This document shows, piece after piece, positions 20,680-33,192 of a stretch of 64,000 nucleotides of DNA. The stretch is from Bilabrum cf. latius (Eukaryota), in NCBI GenBank assembly GCA_965178125.1, contig OZ237764.1, positions 1 through 64,000 on the forward strand, read 5' to 3'. The number at the start of each line of letters is the position of its first letter. The stretch's first letter is position 1. The translations under genes and the position numbers were made by a program. The notes below the pieces were generated by a model. It was not told where the DNA came from, made no database searches, and saw only the letters and a list, made by a program, of their open reading frames with translations.

Positions 20680-22985
20680 TGAGGCGATTCTGGGCCAGTG
20701 AGGCCATTCTGGGCCATTTTGGGGCAGTGAGGCGCTTCTGGGCCAGTGAGGCGATTCTGGGCCAGTGAGGCCATTCTGGGCCATTTTGGGCCAGTGAGGC
20801 GATTCTGGGCCAGAGAGGCGATTCTGGGCCATTTTGGGCCAGTGAGGCGCTTCTGGGCCAGTGAGGCGATTCTGGGCCAGTGAGGCAATTCTGGGCCATT
20901 TTGGGCCAGTGAGGCGATTCTGGGCCAGAGAGGCGATTCTGGGCCAGTGAGGCGATTCTGGGCCAGGGAGGCGATTCTGGGTCAAAGAGTCGATTCTGGG
21001 CCAGTGAGGCGATTCTGGGCCAGTGAGGCAATTCTGGGCCATTTTGGGCCAGTGAGGCGATTCTGGGCCAGAGAGTCGATTCTGGGCCAGTGAGGCGATT
21101 CTGGGCCAGAGAGTCGATTCTGGGTCAAAGAGTCGATTCTGGGGCAGTGAGGTGATTCTGGGCCAGTGAGGTGATTCTGGGCCAGTGACGCGATTCTGGG
21201 CCAGTGAGGCCATTCTGGGCCATTTTGGGCCAGTGAGGCGCTTCTGGGCCAGTGAGGCGATTCTGGGCCAGTGAGGCAATTCTGGGCCATTTTGGGCCAG
21301 AGAGTCGATTCTGGGCCAGTGAGGCGATTCTGGGCCAGTGAGGCGATTCTGGGCCAGGGAGGCGATTCTGGGTCAAAGAGTCGATTCTGGGCCAGTGAGG
21401 CGATTCTGGGCCAGTGAGGCAATTCTGGGCCATTTTGGGCCAGTGAGGCGATTCTGGGCCAGAGAGTCGATTCTGGGCCAGTGAGGCGATTCTGGGCCAG
21501 TGAGGCGATTCTGGGCCAGTGAGGCGATTCTGGGCCAGAGAGTCGATTCTGGGTCAAAGAGTCGATTCTGGGGCAGTGAGGTGATTCTGGGCCAGTGAGG
21601 TGATTCTGGGCCAGTGACGCGATTCTGGGCCAGTGAGGCGATTCTGGGCCAGAGAGTCGATTCTGGGCCAGAGAGTCGATTCTGGGCCAGTGACGCGATT
21701 CTGGGCCAGTGAGGCCATTCTGGGCCATTTTGGGCCAGTGAGGCGCTTCTGGGCCAGTGAGGCGATTCTGGGCCAGTGAGGCAATTCTGGGCCATTTTGG
21801 GCCAGTGAGGCGATTCTGGGGCAGAGAGTCGATTCTGGGCCAGTGAGGCGATTCTGGGCCAGTGAGGCGATTCTGGGCCAGGGAGGCGATTCTGGGTCAA
21901 AGAGTCGATTCTGGGCCAGTGAGGCGATTCTGGGCCAGTGAGGCAATTCTGGGCCATTTTGGGCCAGTGAGGCGATTCTGGGCCAGAGAGTCGATTCTGG
22001 GCCAGAGAGGCGATTCTGGGCCAGAGAGTCGATTCTGGGTCAAAGAGTCGATTCTGGGGCAGTGAGGTGATTCTGGGCCAGTGAGGTGATTCTGGGCCAG
22101 TGAGGCGATTCTGGGCCAGTGAGGCGATTCTGGGCCAGAGAGTCGATTCTGGGTCAAAGAGTCGATTCTGGGGCAGTGAGGTGATTCTGGGCCAGTGAGG
22201 TGATTCTGGGCCAGTGAGGCGATTCTGGGCCAGTGAGGCGATTCTGGGCCAGAGAGTCGATTCTGGGCCAGAGAGTCGATTCTGGGCCAGTGACGCGATT
22301 CTGGGCCAGTGAGGCCATTCTGGGCCATTTTGGGCCAGTGAGGCGCTTCTGGGCCAGTGAGGCGATTCTGGGCCAGTGAGGCAATTCTGGGCCATTTTGG
22401 GCCAGAGAGTCGATTCTGGGCCAGTGAGGCGATTCTGGGCCAGTGAGGCGATTCTGGGCCAGGGAGGCGATTCTGGGTCAAAGAGTCGATTCTGGGCCAG
22501 TGAGGCGATTCTGGGCCAGTGAGGCAATTCTGGGCCATTTTGGGCCAGTGAGGCGATTCTGGGCCAGAGAGTCGATTCTGGGCCAGTGAGGCGATTCTGG
22601 GCCAGAGAGTCGATTCTGGGTCAAAGAGTCGATTCTGGGGCAGTGAGGTGATTCTGGGCCAGTGAGGTGATTCTGGGCCAGTGAGGCGATTCTGGGCCAG
22701 TGAGGCGATTCTGGGCCAGAGAGTCGATTCTGGGCCAGTGAGGCGATTCTGGGCCAGAGAGTCGATTCTGGGTCAAAGAGTCGATTCTGGGGCAGTGAGG
22801 TGATTCTGGGCCAGTGAGGTGATTCTGGGCCAGTGAGGCGATTCTGGGCCAGTGAGTCGATTCTGGGCCAGGGAGGCCATTCTGGGCCAGAGAGGACAAT
22901 CTGGGCTAGTGGGACCATTTTGGGCCAGTGAGGCGATTCTGGGGCAGTGAGTCGATTCTGGGGCAGTGAGTCAATTCTGGGCTAG
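20680..22985 (+). repeat. 2.3-kb satellite array of a 19-bp unit (GATTCTGGGCCAGTGAGGC) with variant units and higher-order blocks
   Basis: Direct reading; recurring variants GATTCTGGGCCAGAGAGTC, GATTCTGGGTCAAAGAGTC, GATTCTGGGGCAGTGAGGT and short CATTTTGGGCC inserts in repeating order. Confidence 0.97.
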
Positions 22986-23582
22986 ATAGTTCAATAGTAC
23001 GATCTATTTCAAAGTGCATGTTGATTCTCAAGAGATGGCCCATTGGCGTAGAAAAACGTTATTAGTTTTGAGAAGCAGTTGTGGCTGGTCGATTAATGGG
23101 TCTCAATTCAAGATTCAGTAAATCAGGAGCACCCTAATCGAAGTCTAAGACTATTTCATGTGTTTGAAAGGTCAGAGAGACAAAATCTTCATGTGCAGGA
23201 CAGCGATCTTGCCGCCCACTGCAGGGCAGGGCCTGCTGACTGGTCCAGAAATACGCTTTCGATCAACACAGCATCAATGTATGTGGCTTGATGAGATCAA
23301 AATTTATTTGATTTCAACAGTCCTGTGGATAGAGGGTTGGTTCGAACCAAACTACGCATGAGCCTCACTGGCCCAGAGCCTGTCTTGAGTGGCAGCGTCA
23401 GGCGGATTTTGCACCGTGCAGTAGGCATGCATGGGTAATGTGCGAGGAGTCTTACACATCTGATGCATTTCCGACAGCCACCGTGCGAAAAAATATTCCC
23501 GGAAGCTATAAATGTGCACTTCGGAAAGGTGCTGGGTAGCACAATAATAACAACACAAAATATCACCACAAAAAATGAAGAC

Positions 23583-23588
23583 AAAAAA
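23583..23588 (-). terminator. Pol III T6 terminator of tRNA-Gly
   Basis: TTTTTT on the minus strand 3 nt after the discriminator base. Confidence 0.75.
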
Positions 23589-23591
23589 TTT

Positions 23592-23662
23592 TACGGCGGC
23601 CGGGAATCGAACCCGGGGTGCTTCGATGGCAACGAAGCATTTTACCACTAAACCACCGCCGT
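23592..23662 (-). tRNA. tRNA-Gly (anticodon GCC), intronless, no encoded CCA
   Basis: Folds as acceptor ACGGCGG/CCGCCGT, D arm GTTT-AGTGGTA-AAAT, anticodon arm CTTCG-TTGCCAT-CGAAG, T arm CCGGG-TTCGATT-CCCGG, discriminator A. Confidence 0.93.
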
Positions 23663-23791
23663 ATGTTAAGATCTGTCCCTTAGGTGCATATACAAATCAA
23701 AGTGTGGTATTGTATATCGCTATTTTCGGGAGGGAGTCTTCCCTTCGGCGGTGCGGGCAGCACGCACACATCTTTGCCTTCGCCGGCTGCC

Positions 23792-25460
23792 ATGAGCGAC
23801 CCGTGCGAGAGCGACATTGCCCTCGGCATCGTGAAGGAAGACTTTGGAGATCTCAGCCACGTGAGGTGCCGCGCGTCTCACCCTGGATTCCTTGTGTGCG
23901 ACCGCTCGCCCCTAGAATGCGCGCTCGATCCGCGCGCCGGCCGCCCGGAAGTGGCACGGTCCGCCCACCGCCGGCGTTTGTGGAATTCGAACTTGGGAAA
24001 GCCACTCGATCAATCGGCGGCGCGCTTGGGACGTAGCGCTGGTGGCCGGGCAGCGCCGGCGTTCGCCCCCCATGAGAGCAGGTGCTGCCGCGGGCCCGGC
24101 TGGTGCAGGCGCTGTGTGCCGCCCTTGCAGCGCGCCCGTCTCGGCCCCCATCTTGACACCCCGATACGGCTGCGAAAGCAAGGTAGCGCGCCTGGACCGC
24201 GCTTCGCCTCTTGTCCCAGTCGCGTCCGCTCGGACCGACCGGCCTCGACCCCGCACACACCATTCTGCGCTCGCCGCATTCCTCCTACTTCTTCCGCGCG
24301 CGCAGAGGCTGTGCAAGCTGCTGCAGGAATCCGGGCCTCTCACGAAGGAGCAGCTGCTGCTGGCGCTGTGCGCGGGGCACCCGCCGCTCGCGCCGCCGCC
24401 GCCCCCGCCCCCGGAGGCGCTGGCGGGGCTCCCCTGGCGGGCCCCGGGCGGCGGCGGCGGCGGCGGCCCGGGGCGGCCCGCGCCCGCGGGTGGTCCCGGC
24501 CACCAGAGCGGCGCGGCGGCCTCCTCGGCGGCGTCGGCCGCGGCCACGGTCTCCATGGGGGGGGCGACGGGGTTCACGGCGTCGGCCGCCGCGGCACGGG
24601 CCGCCAGCCTGGGCTCCCGCACCTCGGCGGACCCCACGCTGCCGAGCCTCCCGCAGACGCCCGCCGAGGTGCAGGGCTGCCTGGCCGCTCTCACCATCCA
24701 CGGCATCGTGCAGCCGCGGGCCGAGGGGGCGGGCGGTGCTCCCTCGTCGTCCGCTTCCTCGTCGTCGTCCTCCTCGTAGGCGTCTGCAGGGACGAAGCGG
24801 AAGCGGGGCGGCGCCGGGGGCGACGCGGGCTCTGCAGGGCCCCAGAGGCCTCGCAAGCCGAGCGCCCGCATCCGGTACGAGTTTGCTCCGCGGGAGGCCC
24901 TCCGCCGGCTGCAGCTGCCGAGGGTGCTGGAGCGCGTGCGCAGGCGGCTGGGCGCGGTGGCGCAGGCCATCGCGGAGGCCCTGAGCATGTACGGGAGCAT
25001 GACGGTGGGGCGGCTGCGGATGGCCACGGACCTTTTGCTGGAGGACGAGATGGAGGACGGCGCAGACGGCGAGGGGGAGGCCGAAAGGATGCGGGACGAC
25101 GATTCGGACGGCTCCGACGAGGACGGGGTGGGCGGCGCGACCGGCGCCCGCCGGGGGGACGGAGCCTCCTCCACGGGCTCCGGGCGGTTCGACCGCGCGT
25201 GGACCGCGCTCCGGCAGCAGCGGCTGGTGCGCCGGTCGCGGGGGCTGGTGCTGCCCCCGGACCTGCTGGCGGGCACGTCGGGCGCGCTGCCGGCGCAGGG
25301 GCTCAGCGGCAGCGTGCGAGACGTGGGCAGGGGGGCGCTGGCGACGCTGGGCGTGGACGCCGGGGGCCCCGACCGCCGGGACGAGGCGCTGCGGGCCGCC
25401 ACCGGCTCGTAGGCGTCGATGCGCGGCGGTGGGGGGCCGGTGGGGGAGGGCGAGGCCGAG

Positions 25461-25494
<34 letters not shown>

Positions 25495-26723
25495 GCCTGG
25501 GCCTGGGCCTGGGCCTGGGCCCGCGGGGCGGCAAGCGCGGCAAGAAGAAGAGAAAACAGCCAAAGAAGTCGAGGTTGTCAAAGGCGCAGGCGAAGCGGAG
25601 CGGCGGTCGGAGCGGCGAGGAGAAAGAAGCCGACGGTCCCGGTGACGGCGAGGAGGCAGAGCAGCTGTGGTGCCTGGACCCGCGGCCGCTCACGTACCTG
25701 GACCGCACCGAGGCCGTGGTGCTGCAGGTGCAGGACGCGGTGAGTCCCACGGGTGCCCGGATCGTCCGGGCCATGCTCGACAAGGGCCCCCCTCCCGAGG
25801 CGCCCTCGCTGCCCACGTCCCTGCAGACCCTCGCAGACCGCGCCCGGGGGGAGGGCCCGGGGGGAGGGTCGGCCGCGCCGGAGGCCGAGTGGTCCGCCGA
25901 GGTGACGGCCCGCGAGATCTTGGAGCAGCTGCAGCGGGACTTCAAGCGGGCGCAAAAGGCGGGCGAGGCTTGGACGCAGGGGGAGCGGGCGGTCTCGTGG
26001 ACGGGGGCCTCGCACTGGAAGACCCTGGGCACGCTGCTGGAGGTGATGCGCAGCGAGCCGCTCGAGGTCGTGGAGAGGGTGGGCCTCGGGGCGGACGGGG
26101 GCAGCTGGCGGGTGCGGGTCGGCCGGTTGGTGTCGCGGATCATGCTCAGCCGCGCCGAGGAGCTGGCTAGGGTGTCTGCCGTGGCGGGGGCAGAGGCGAG
26201 GCCCGCCCACCAGCAGGCGGCCGCCTCGGAGGAGCCGCAGGTGAGGCGCGCGGCGCGCAGCACGGCCATGCAGCACGGGATCGGGTGCCGCCGGGTGCTC
26301 AACTACTTGCGGGCCAAGGGGCAGGTCCAGGACAAGGCCGTGGCGGACGGCACGCTGCTGTCCCTCAAGGACGCCCAGGGGCACCTCTTCACGCTCATGC
26401 GGCTCGGGATAGCCCGCAACTTCCCGCTGCCCCGGCGGGCGGACCACGCGCCCGGGCTGACCGTGTACCTGTGGGACGCGCCCGAGCACCTCGAGCGGGC
26501 GGCGCTGGCCCGCAAGTGCCTGCAGGCGGTGCGGAACGTGGTGCTGCGCAGGAGGCACGAGGAGAAGCGCCTCGAGGAGGTCACCAGGGCGGCCGCTGCC
26601 GCGGGGGAGGTGGCGCAGAGGGCGCGCGCCGGGCTCGTGCAGCGGGTCAGGCACGGGGTGGAGAGGCTTGACGCGGCGGCGGCGCGGCTGGCGGCCGAGT
26701 TCGAGCAGCTCATGGAGTGGTGA
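23792..26723 (+). CDS. POLR3C: RNA polymerase III subunit RPC3/RPC62 (RPC82); predicted intron 23861-24305; in-frame TAG at 24777 and 25410
   Basis: N-terminal IVKEDFGDLSH|RLCKLL, middle YEFAPREALRRLQLPRVL...IAEALSMYGSMT, C-terminal GCRRVLNYL...KDAQGHLFTL...LPRRADHAPGLTVYLW, resembling the RPC3 IPKTPDHAPSRTFYLY motif; ends at TGA. Confidence 0.8.
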
Positions 26724-26800
26724 AGTGGGGGGGGGGGGGGAGCTGGGGGGGATGCGGATCTGGCGCTGCGTTGCAGCTTTTTGGATTGTTTTTCGGTTCG

Positions 26801-26873
26801 ATCCGACTCTATCTCAACCCGCACGGGAACAGGCAGCATCCGACTCTATCTCAACCCGCACGGGAACAGGCAG
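26801..26873 (+). repeat. Two tandem copies of a 37-bp unit between convergent genes
   Basis: ATCCGACTCTATCTCAACCCGCACGGGAACAGGCAG(C) at 26801 and 26838. Confidence 0.85.
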
Positions 26874-26968
26874 AATCCATTCCACGGACCATGGCCCACG
26901 GCTGCTGATCAGGAGTTTCCTGCGTGCTTGCGCTCGTTATCGTTCGCAGGGACGCAGGCACCGCCGCC

Positions 26969-27855
26969 TCACTTGCTGGGTGATCCTGCTCCCGCCGCAG
27001 CGAGGTCGGGCCACCACATGTCCTCGCCCGCCCCCCTGGGCCTGCGCACCAGCCGCTCCCAGAGGTCGTACTGCGCCTCCACCACCTCGATGGCCACCTC
27101 CCGCGACAGGTAGCGACCCTCGAACGCAAACTCATTGGGGGGTTTCCCGTCCGGTATCTTGTAGTCCCTGAACCAGGTCCGGATGGCGTCCAGCCGCTGC
27201 TGCAGCGCCGCGTCCTCCTGCTGCCCCACCACGGCGTCGTACACAGACTCGGCCAGCGGGTCGCCCACGCGCACCGTGACAATCTTCCAATCCATCTCAC
27301 CACCATCCACAAGTGCCAAGGCACCAATGACCTTCACCTCGTACACGTCTCCAGTGCTGCACGGCCTGGACGACAGGTCCAGCACATCCAGCGGATCGTT
27401 GTCTCCGGCCAGGTCCAGGCCGCGCTCGCGGTGCTCTGGATCCTCCCAGGTCTGGGGAAACGCTCCATAGTTGACGGTGGAATCCATTGGATACTCGCGT
27501 AGCTTTCCTTTCTTGGTGTCTTGCTTGATGGGATTGTACGGAGTTTCCTTGTTGATCTCGAACTTGGGCCGCGACCTGCGCGCACAGGCGCGTATCGAGC
27601 GGCAAGGACGGGCAAAGGGTGGACATGCAGGCAATCAGGCTCTTTCTATTCCAGACTGACTGTCTCATCAAGAGCAACGGCACGCAAGCTAACTCACCCC
27701 TTCGGGATCTCGCAGACGAATCGGTACACCCCCGGCTGGTTGCCCGGCGGCCGAAGCGGGATGTTGTGCCAAGGCGAAACCTTCTCCCCTGTTTCACCGT
27801 GCACGTAAAACAGCTGGTATTCGAGCGTCCCCGGGGTTCCCTCTGCCTTGAGTGC
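26969..27855 (-). CDS. PPA: Soluble inorganic pyrophosphatase (family I, eukaryotic type); intron 27576-27697; 5' exon(s) unresolved
   Basis: VSPWHNIPL, VCEIPKG|SRPKFEI, NPIKQDTKKG, NYGAFPQTWEDP, GDNDPLDV, DGGEMDWK and WFRDYKIPDGKPPNEF motifs; ends at TGA. Confidence 0.92.
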
Positions 27856-28363
27856 CTACGAGGAATGCAGCCCATGAAAGCAGCTGCCTGGCATACGCGC
27901 CGCACATCAACGGAGCGGCCCGCAAGGACCAAGCTGCAGTGTGATCGCACATGAAAGCTTCACCACTGCTCTTGCTGAGCACTAAACATCTTACCAGTTG
28001 CGGCATTTCCATTCCCTTTCTGAGCGATGCCCCGTTTGGAACGCTTAGCATTAAAACTAGCAAGGCAACGAGCGCGACAATCGCCAGGATTACATTCTGG
28101 ACATTCGATGGGCTCTAGTCGCGCGCAGCGTGCGGCATCTTGAGGTTGGAATCCTAATTTTGGGCTGCGCAAGGTCCGGCGGATCCATTTCCGGGTTTGC
28201 AAGGCTGCCAGTGCCACCAGTGGGGTTGCATGCTGCAGCACTGGGATTTGCTGTTACGCAAACTGGTGCAGATATAGAAAAAATCGTACCGCTGGGCAAA
28301 CCACGTCGTGTAGCGCGCGGGCTGCCGCCAGCCCGGCCAATCGCAGGAAGCAGGCCCTGCCAT

Positions 28364-29790
28364 TCAGCTGAGCCCCTTGGCGCGCTCGAACAGACCGTCC
28401 ACGACCCCATCCAGGGCCGCAACTGCCTTGAGAGCCGCCTCGTACCCCGGATCCCCCCCTGCCTCCCGGAACACGATAAGGTGCCCCTTGCCCTGGTCCA
28501 GTGTCCCGTTGAGCGCCCCATCCAGGATCATCTGCGAGAGCTTAGCCTCCACCCGGGGGAGCGGAAGCGCGATGCTCTTGGCCACGTGCTCCAGCTCCAC
28601 GCGAGAATACGGCTCCACCACCCGCAGCAAGTTCGCCTCCAGCATCGTGTCCGCCAGCAGCCCCAGGTGGTACCCTACCAGGGGGTCCTCCGTCAGCGCA
28701 GCCTCGTACTCGCGCTGGGCCCGCAAGAAGGCGTGCAGCGACCTGGCCTTGTACGCGGTGGCGACCGCCCGCATGGCCTCGATCTGGTCACCCGCGTGCT
28801 CCACGCCGTGCTTGCCGTTGATGAGCGCCATGGCGTCATCTGTGTTTCCGTTCATGATCTTGGCCAGCAGCATGCGGCGGAGAGCTGCCCTTGCCGCCTG
28901 GGTCTCCCCCATGTGAGACGCGGCCTCGAAGCCCTCGAAGAAGTAAGAATACGCAGTCTTGTAGTCTCGATCCTCTGCCGCGAGCGCCCCGGCCTGCGCA
29001 TCGATGCGGGCCTGCACCTCGGGGCCCAAGTAGACCGAGATGGCGGCCGTCCTGGCCGCGGTCAGCGAGGCCCGGGCCTTGGGGAAGTTCTTCAGGGCGT
29101 AGTGCACCTTGGACTCGGTCAGATGGACTTCCACCAGCAGAGGCTTGTCATCGAGCTTCTTGACCTCCCTGGCCAGCGACTGGGAAAGCGCAAGCGCAGA
29201 CTGAAACTAGCCTTGCTCGAGCAGGAGAGCTGCCAGCTTGGACTGAATGCGCATCCGAAGGAAATTTCTCTTCTCTTGCTTGCACCAAGCCACCGATTCT
29301 TTGCATAGGGACACCTACAGGTCTAATGTTCCTGGAATCTTACCGACGAGGTCGACAAGGGTCCGTACTGCGTGCTTGGCTTGAGCGACGCAGCAATGGG
29401 GTCCGTGTGCAGCCAGCAAGAGGATCACACGCCACGGGCAGACTTCTGTGACACTTCAAAATCAACATACAATGCAGCATGTATGATCGGGAGGGCTCCC
29501 GCATTGCACTCACCTGTCTTGGCCGTCCTTGCCTTAGGAAGTAAACCGAAGAAAGGTCTGCACTCTCGGAGCAAAGCCTCAAGCTTCGCAGCCTGCGCTG
29601 TTTTAGCAAACAACTCGCCCAGGCGATAGACAGCCTGTTCTCGGATCTTTAGAGCTTCCGGCGAGTTGTCGTCAGAGCCAAGCACTCCTTCGCGAAGCGA
29701 CGCTTCAGCGGCATCCTTATCAGAATCTGCGAGAGTTACAGCTTCATCGAGCTGCCTTTGCAATGGATGGGTGTCTTCTACTGCCGCCAT
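28364..29790 (-). CDS. RPN6: 26S proteasome lid subunit RPN6/PSMD11; intron 29368-29513; in-frame TAG at 29315-17 and 29207-09
   Basis: [63 protein letters not shown] and PCI-domain [12 protein letters not shown]...GTLDQG; ends at TGA. Confidence 0.95.
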
Positions 29791-29949
29791 GAGTATTTGG
29801 TGGAGGGGAAAGCGCACTGTGCCGCGAAAAGCTGATTTGCTCGGTTTGAGACATTCCAATCTTCATCTTCAAATGCATCGCCGAGTGGCAAGTTGGAAAA
29901 GCGCATGCACCGAGCCACTGCAAGGCGAACCACGCAAGCAAAAACACGG

Positions 29950-30795
29950 TCACTTCTCCTGTTTGGTCCAAACGCCAGTCGACGTACCACGGCCAGCCCT
30001 GAATATGGATCGTATGGCACGGCTGCCACTGGGAGTGCGCCCCCCACTGGCACCGGCGCTGGCAGCGACCCCCGCCGGTCGCCGTCCCCCTGTCTTTCGA
30101 GCTGGATGCTGCGCCATGGTATTGCGCGCACCCGCCTTCTTGTGCTATTGGGCACGACCCTTTCTGAAGCTTTGCGATCGCTCACTGACGGCAACCCCGC
30201 CGGGCCTGCCAGTGCCACTGTGACGACTGCGCGACGGAGGGGCTGCTGCTGCTGGTGCACCCCCTCCGGTCATTGATCGCGGTGAGGCCGGTGCACCGCC
30301 CGATCCAGCCACCTCGGGATGCTGAGACGCGATGGGAGGATGTGGGTGGGCATCGCGATTCCTGGTGCTTGCCCCGCGCTCTTTCACGTCCGTTGCGACT
30401 GGCTTCGCTGCGCCAGCATCGGCTGATCTTGGTTGTCTTTCAAGGAACTCAGCACGCAATTCGTACGCAAGCCTAGCAATATTATCAGGCGTCACGAGTC
30501 TAGACCTGGAGGTAGGGGCGGATGCGGTGCTTGCGGTCTCCAACGTGATCGTTGGGAGCTGCTCAGCATCCAAAAACTGCACTGCTGCAGCACGAATGGC
30601 ATGAGCGCCATGTCTGCCAATCAGCGCTAGCAATAAGTCACAGGATATCATGTTGATGAGTTGCTCGCCGTCGGCTGCCGCAGAGTTACCGGTCCCAAGA
30701 ATTCGATCTCGCATTCGCAGCAACAGTTTCCTGTCCATCGGACCATCATCGAGATCGATGCTCCACTAGCGCTCTAGCCTGCGAGCTGAGCTCAT
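29950..30795 (-). CDS. Hypothetical protein of about 281 aa, with two in-frame TAG
   Basis: ATG at 30795 is in frame with ORF 30145..30738; TAG at 30766-68 and 30145-47; TGA at 29950-52. Confidence 0.55.
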
Positions 30796-30969
30796 CACAA
30801 GCTCACTGCAGAAGCGGGAGGGGGCGTTTGTGGCTCGCAGTAAATGCTCTGCAGTGGAAATCCACCCACGGACTCAGAACCAGAATCCGGAACAGGAACC
30901 AACGTGACCAGCTATCGCGTGCTAGGCGTTGGACGCGCTTGGAACATGCATAGCTCATAAATACACTCA

Positions 30970-33192
30970 TCAAGCCTTGCCTCTACCCCGTCCTCTCCCT
31001 CTCCCACCTCCTCTCCCCCTGCCACCCCCACGTCCTCGTCCTCGCCCACGGCCACGACCCCTGCCGCCCCCACCACCGAGCCCCAGCGCCGATCTGTCTC
31101 CATACGACGTTAGCGAGCCCAGCATGCGGTTGCGGCGCTTGTCCCTGATCTTGTTGCGCTTCTGCTCCTCTTCAAACTCGGCCAGCTCCTCGGGGGTCAT
31201 CGCGTTCAGCTTGTCCTTGAGCTTCTGGGCCTCCTCCTTCTTCTTGGCCTCCCGTTCGGCATGCAAGCGCTCAAAGAACGTCGCCTCGCGGGCACCTGCA
31301 TCGTCCTGGTCAGCGCCAGGCCTCTTATCACTCTTGCTACCCCCAGCACCAGCTTCTCCTGCTTCGGATTCGGTGGCTGGGTCAGCGCCATCACTCGCCT
31401 GATCTGCGCCACTGGAAGCTGGAGCTGCATCGCTGCCCGCATCACTGGCCTCCCCCTCCTATTCGCCATCTTCAGCCTCGGCCGCTGCATCGCCGCGGCT
31501 GCTCTTCTCTTCTTGCTCAGAGCTCGAGTCATCGCGCCTTCTCCCTGCCACCGCCCCTTCGCCGGCCTCCGCATCGGCATCTTCCGCATCGGCATCTCCT
31601 GCTACCGCGCCGGCATCTCCCGTGACTCCCGCTGCTTCATCGCCGGCAGACTGCCCAGGCTCTCCGTTGGATCCGTCTGCAGGTGCGTCTGCCCCCGCCC
31701 CGCTGGACGGTCCAGCCGCTGTGGCACCATGCATGGCCAGCTGCATGCGCCTCTTGCGCGCCAGGGCCGCAGCCACCTCCCTGTGGTCCACGGCCCCCCC
31801 TCTCCCCCCCTCGTCTGCCTCCTCGTCGATCGAGTCTGCCCGGCTGTGAGCCCGACTAGCAGCCCTCGAGGCGCGGATACGCTCCCGCAGCGCTGCTTCC
31901 TCCTCCTCACGCTGCTTGGCTAGCGCCTCCGCTTGTTCCCTGACCTCCGGGGGCTCCTCCCACGTGCTCTCCCCCGTCTTCTCGTTGAAGTAGTACGGCT
32001 CGCCAGTCTCGTCGTCCACCGCTTCCTGCCAGCCCTCGGGCATCAAACTCACTCCCGACCCGTAGTGCAGAGTAACATCCAGGTGAAGCCACCCCAGCTT
32101 GCCCAGCAGGTCGGCTTTCATGAGTCCCTTGCGAGGCCTCACCCGCCACCACTTGTCCACCCGGATCGAGTGCGCCGAGATCACCGCGTCCTCGTCCCCG
32201 AATAGCTGCGAGAATCGGACGCTCACCACGCCCAGCTCGTCGTCCCTGCCCACCATGTCCTCGTCCTTGAGTACGAAATCGATCCCGTCCGCCAGGCCAG
32301 GGTCCCCTGGCAGCATCTTGACCTCGCCCAGGCCCAGCGCCGCGGTCGAGGCAGAGCCCCCGGGCCCCCCTGACCCCGAGGCCGCATCACCCGTAGATCC
32401 TGCGCCTTCTGGCAGCTCTCCATACTGCAGCACCTCCTACCATACCGGGTCAAGGGTCTGTTTCTTGGTCTTGGTCTGGTGGCTGGACGTGCCCTGCACG
32501 TGAGCCCCCGTCCTGGTGAGCAGCTTGACCTTCACGTACGGGTCGCTCTTGCCAGTGTAGTCCGCTGCAAGCAGACCCTTTCCCTCCGCTACTCGCACCA
32601 CGGCAGACACCGGGTGGGGGTCCATGGGCGGGGTGTGCAGGAGCAGCTGAAGCCGCACGTGCCCGGTAGCCGCTATTGACATGCCTGCTCTTGTCTGGAT
32701 GGGGAACCGTCGGTCCAGCAGGCCTGTTCCGAGAAGCTCACCTTCACGCACCGGCTCTCCACTGACTGGCATCTCCGCGTCCTTTGCTTCGCCGTCCTCA
32801 CCCGACCCAACCTCGGTCCCGTCCAAGTTATCGGCCGTCCAGGCCCTAAGGTCGTCCATGTTGATCCGGACCTCGCCGAGCGGGTCGTCACGTCCAATCA
32901 AATCCCAGTCCTTAATCTTGAATAGAATTTCTTTGTACTCTGCCACGTCCACTTTCTATCCAAGCGAGAAGGTCTGGTCCCACTCGGGGTTTAAGGTATC
33001 CGGGATGGTCCTAGTTACGCGCTTCTCATCAGTTATTTCCTTGCCATCATGTCCTATCGGAACAATACTAACATATGGATCGGATAAACCGTTCCTATCC
33101 ATAGAAAGGACATCCTTAGCGTCCAAGACCCCCACCAGCAAGGTAGCTCCGCCAAAAGCCTCGTCCCGCTACCGATGAGAGAGCCCCAATAC
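30970..33192 (-). CDS. Protein with two C2 domains, a WW domain and an RG-repeat tail; first exon unresolved (upstream of 33192)
   Basis: MDRNGLSDPYV...TLNPEWDQTF...DWDLIGRDDPLG; ADYTGKSDPYV...TLDPVW[TAG]E...DEDMVGRDDELG; WW motif PEGWQEAVDDETGEPYYFNEKTGESTWEEP; four same-frame ORFs separated only by TAG; ends at TGA. Confidence 0.85.

Noticed and set aside
20534-22918. WPRIASLAQN-type repeat ORFs
   Set aside because: Translations of the 19-bp satellite in several frames.
23912-26302. 796-aa minus-strand ORF and other long GC-rich antisense ORFs
   Set aside because: Shadow ORFs opposite real genes (POLR3C, the coiled-coil gene, RPN6, SHMT).
7454-26873. CRISPR-like arrays (53-bp, 129-bp and 37-bp repeats)
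   Set aside because: Units are head-to-tail with no unique spacers, there are no cas genes, and the context is eukaryotic.
27856-27858. Apparent in-frame TAG upstream of the PPase core
   Set aside because: It may be a splice acceptor (TCGTAG|GCA), since an in-frame TGA lies just upstream; not counted as code evidence.
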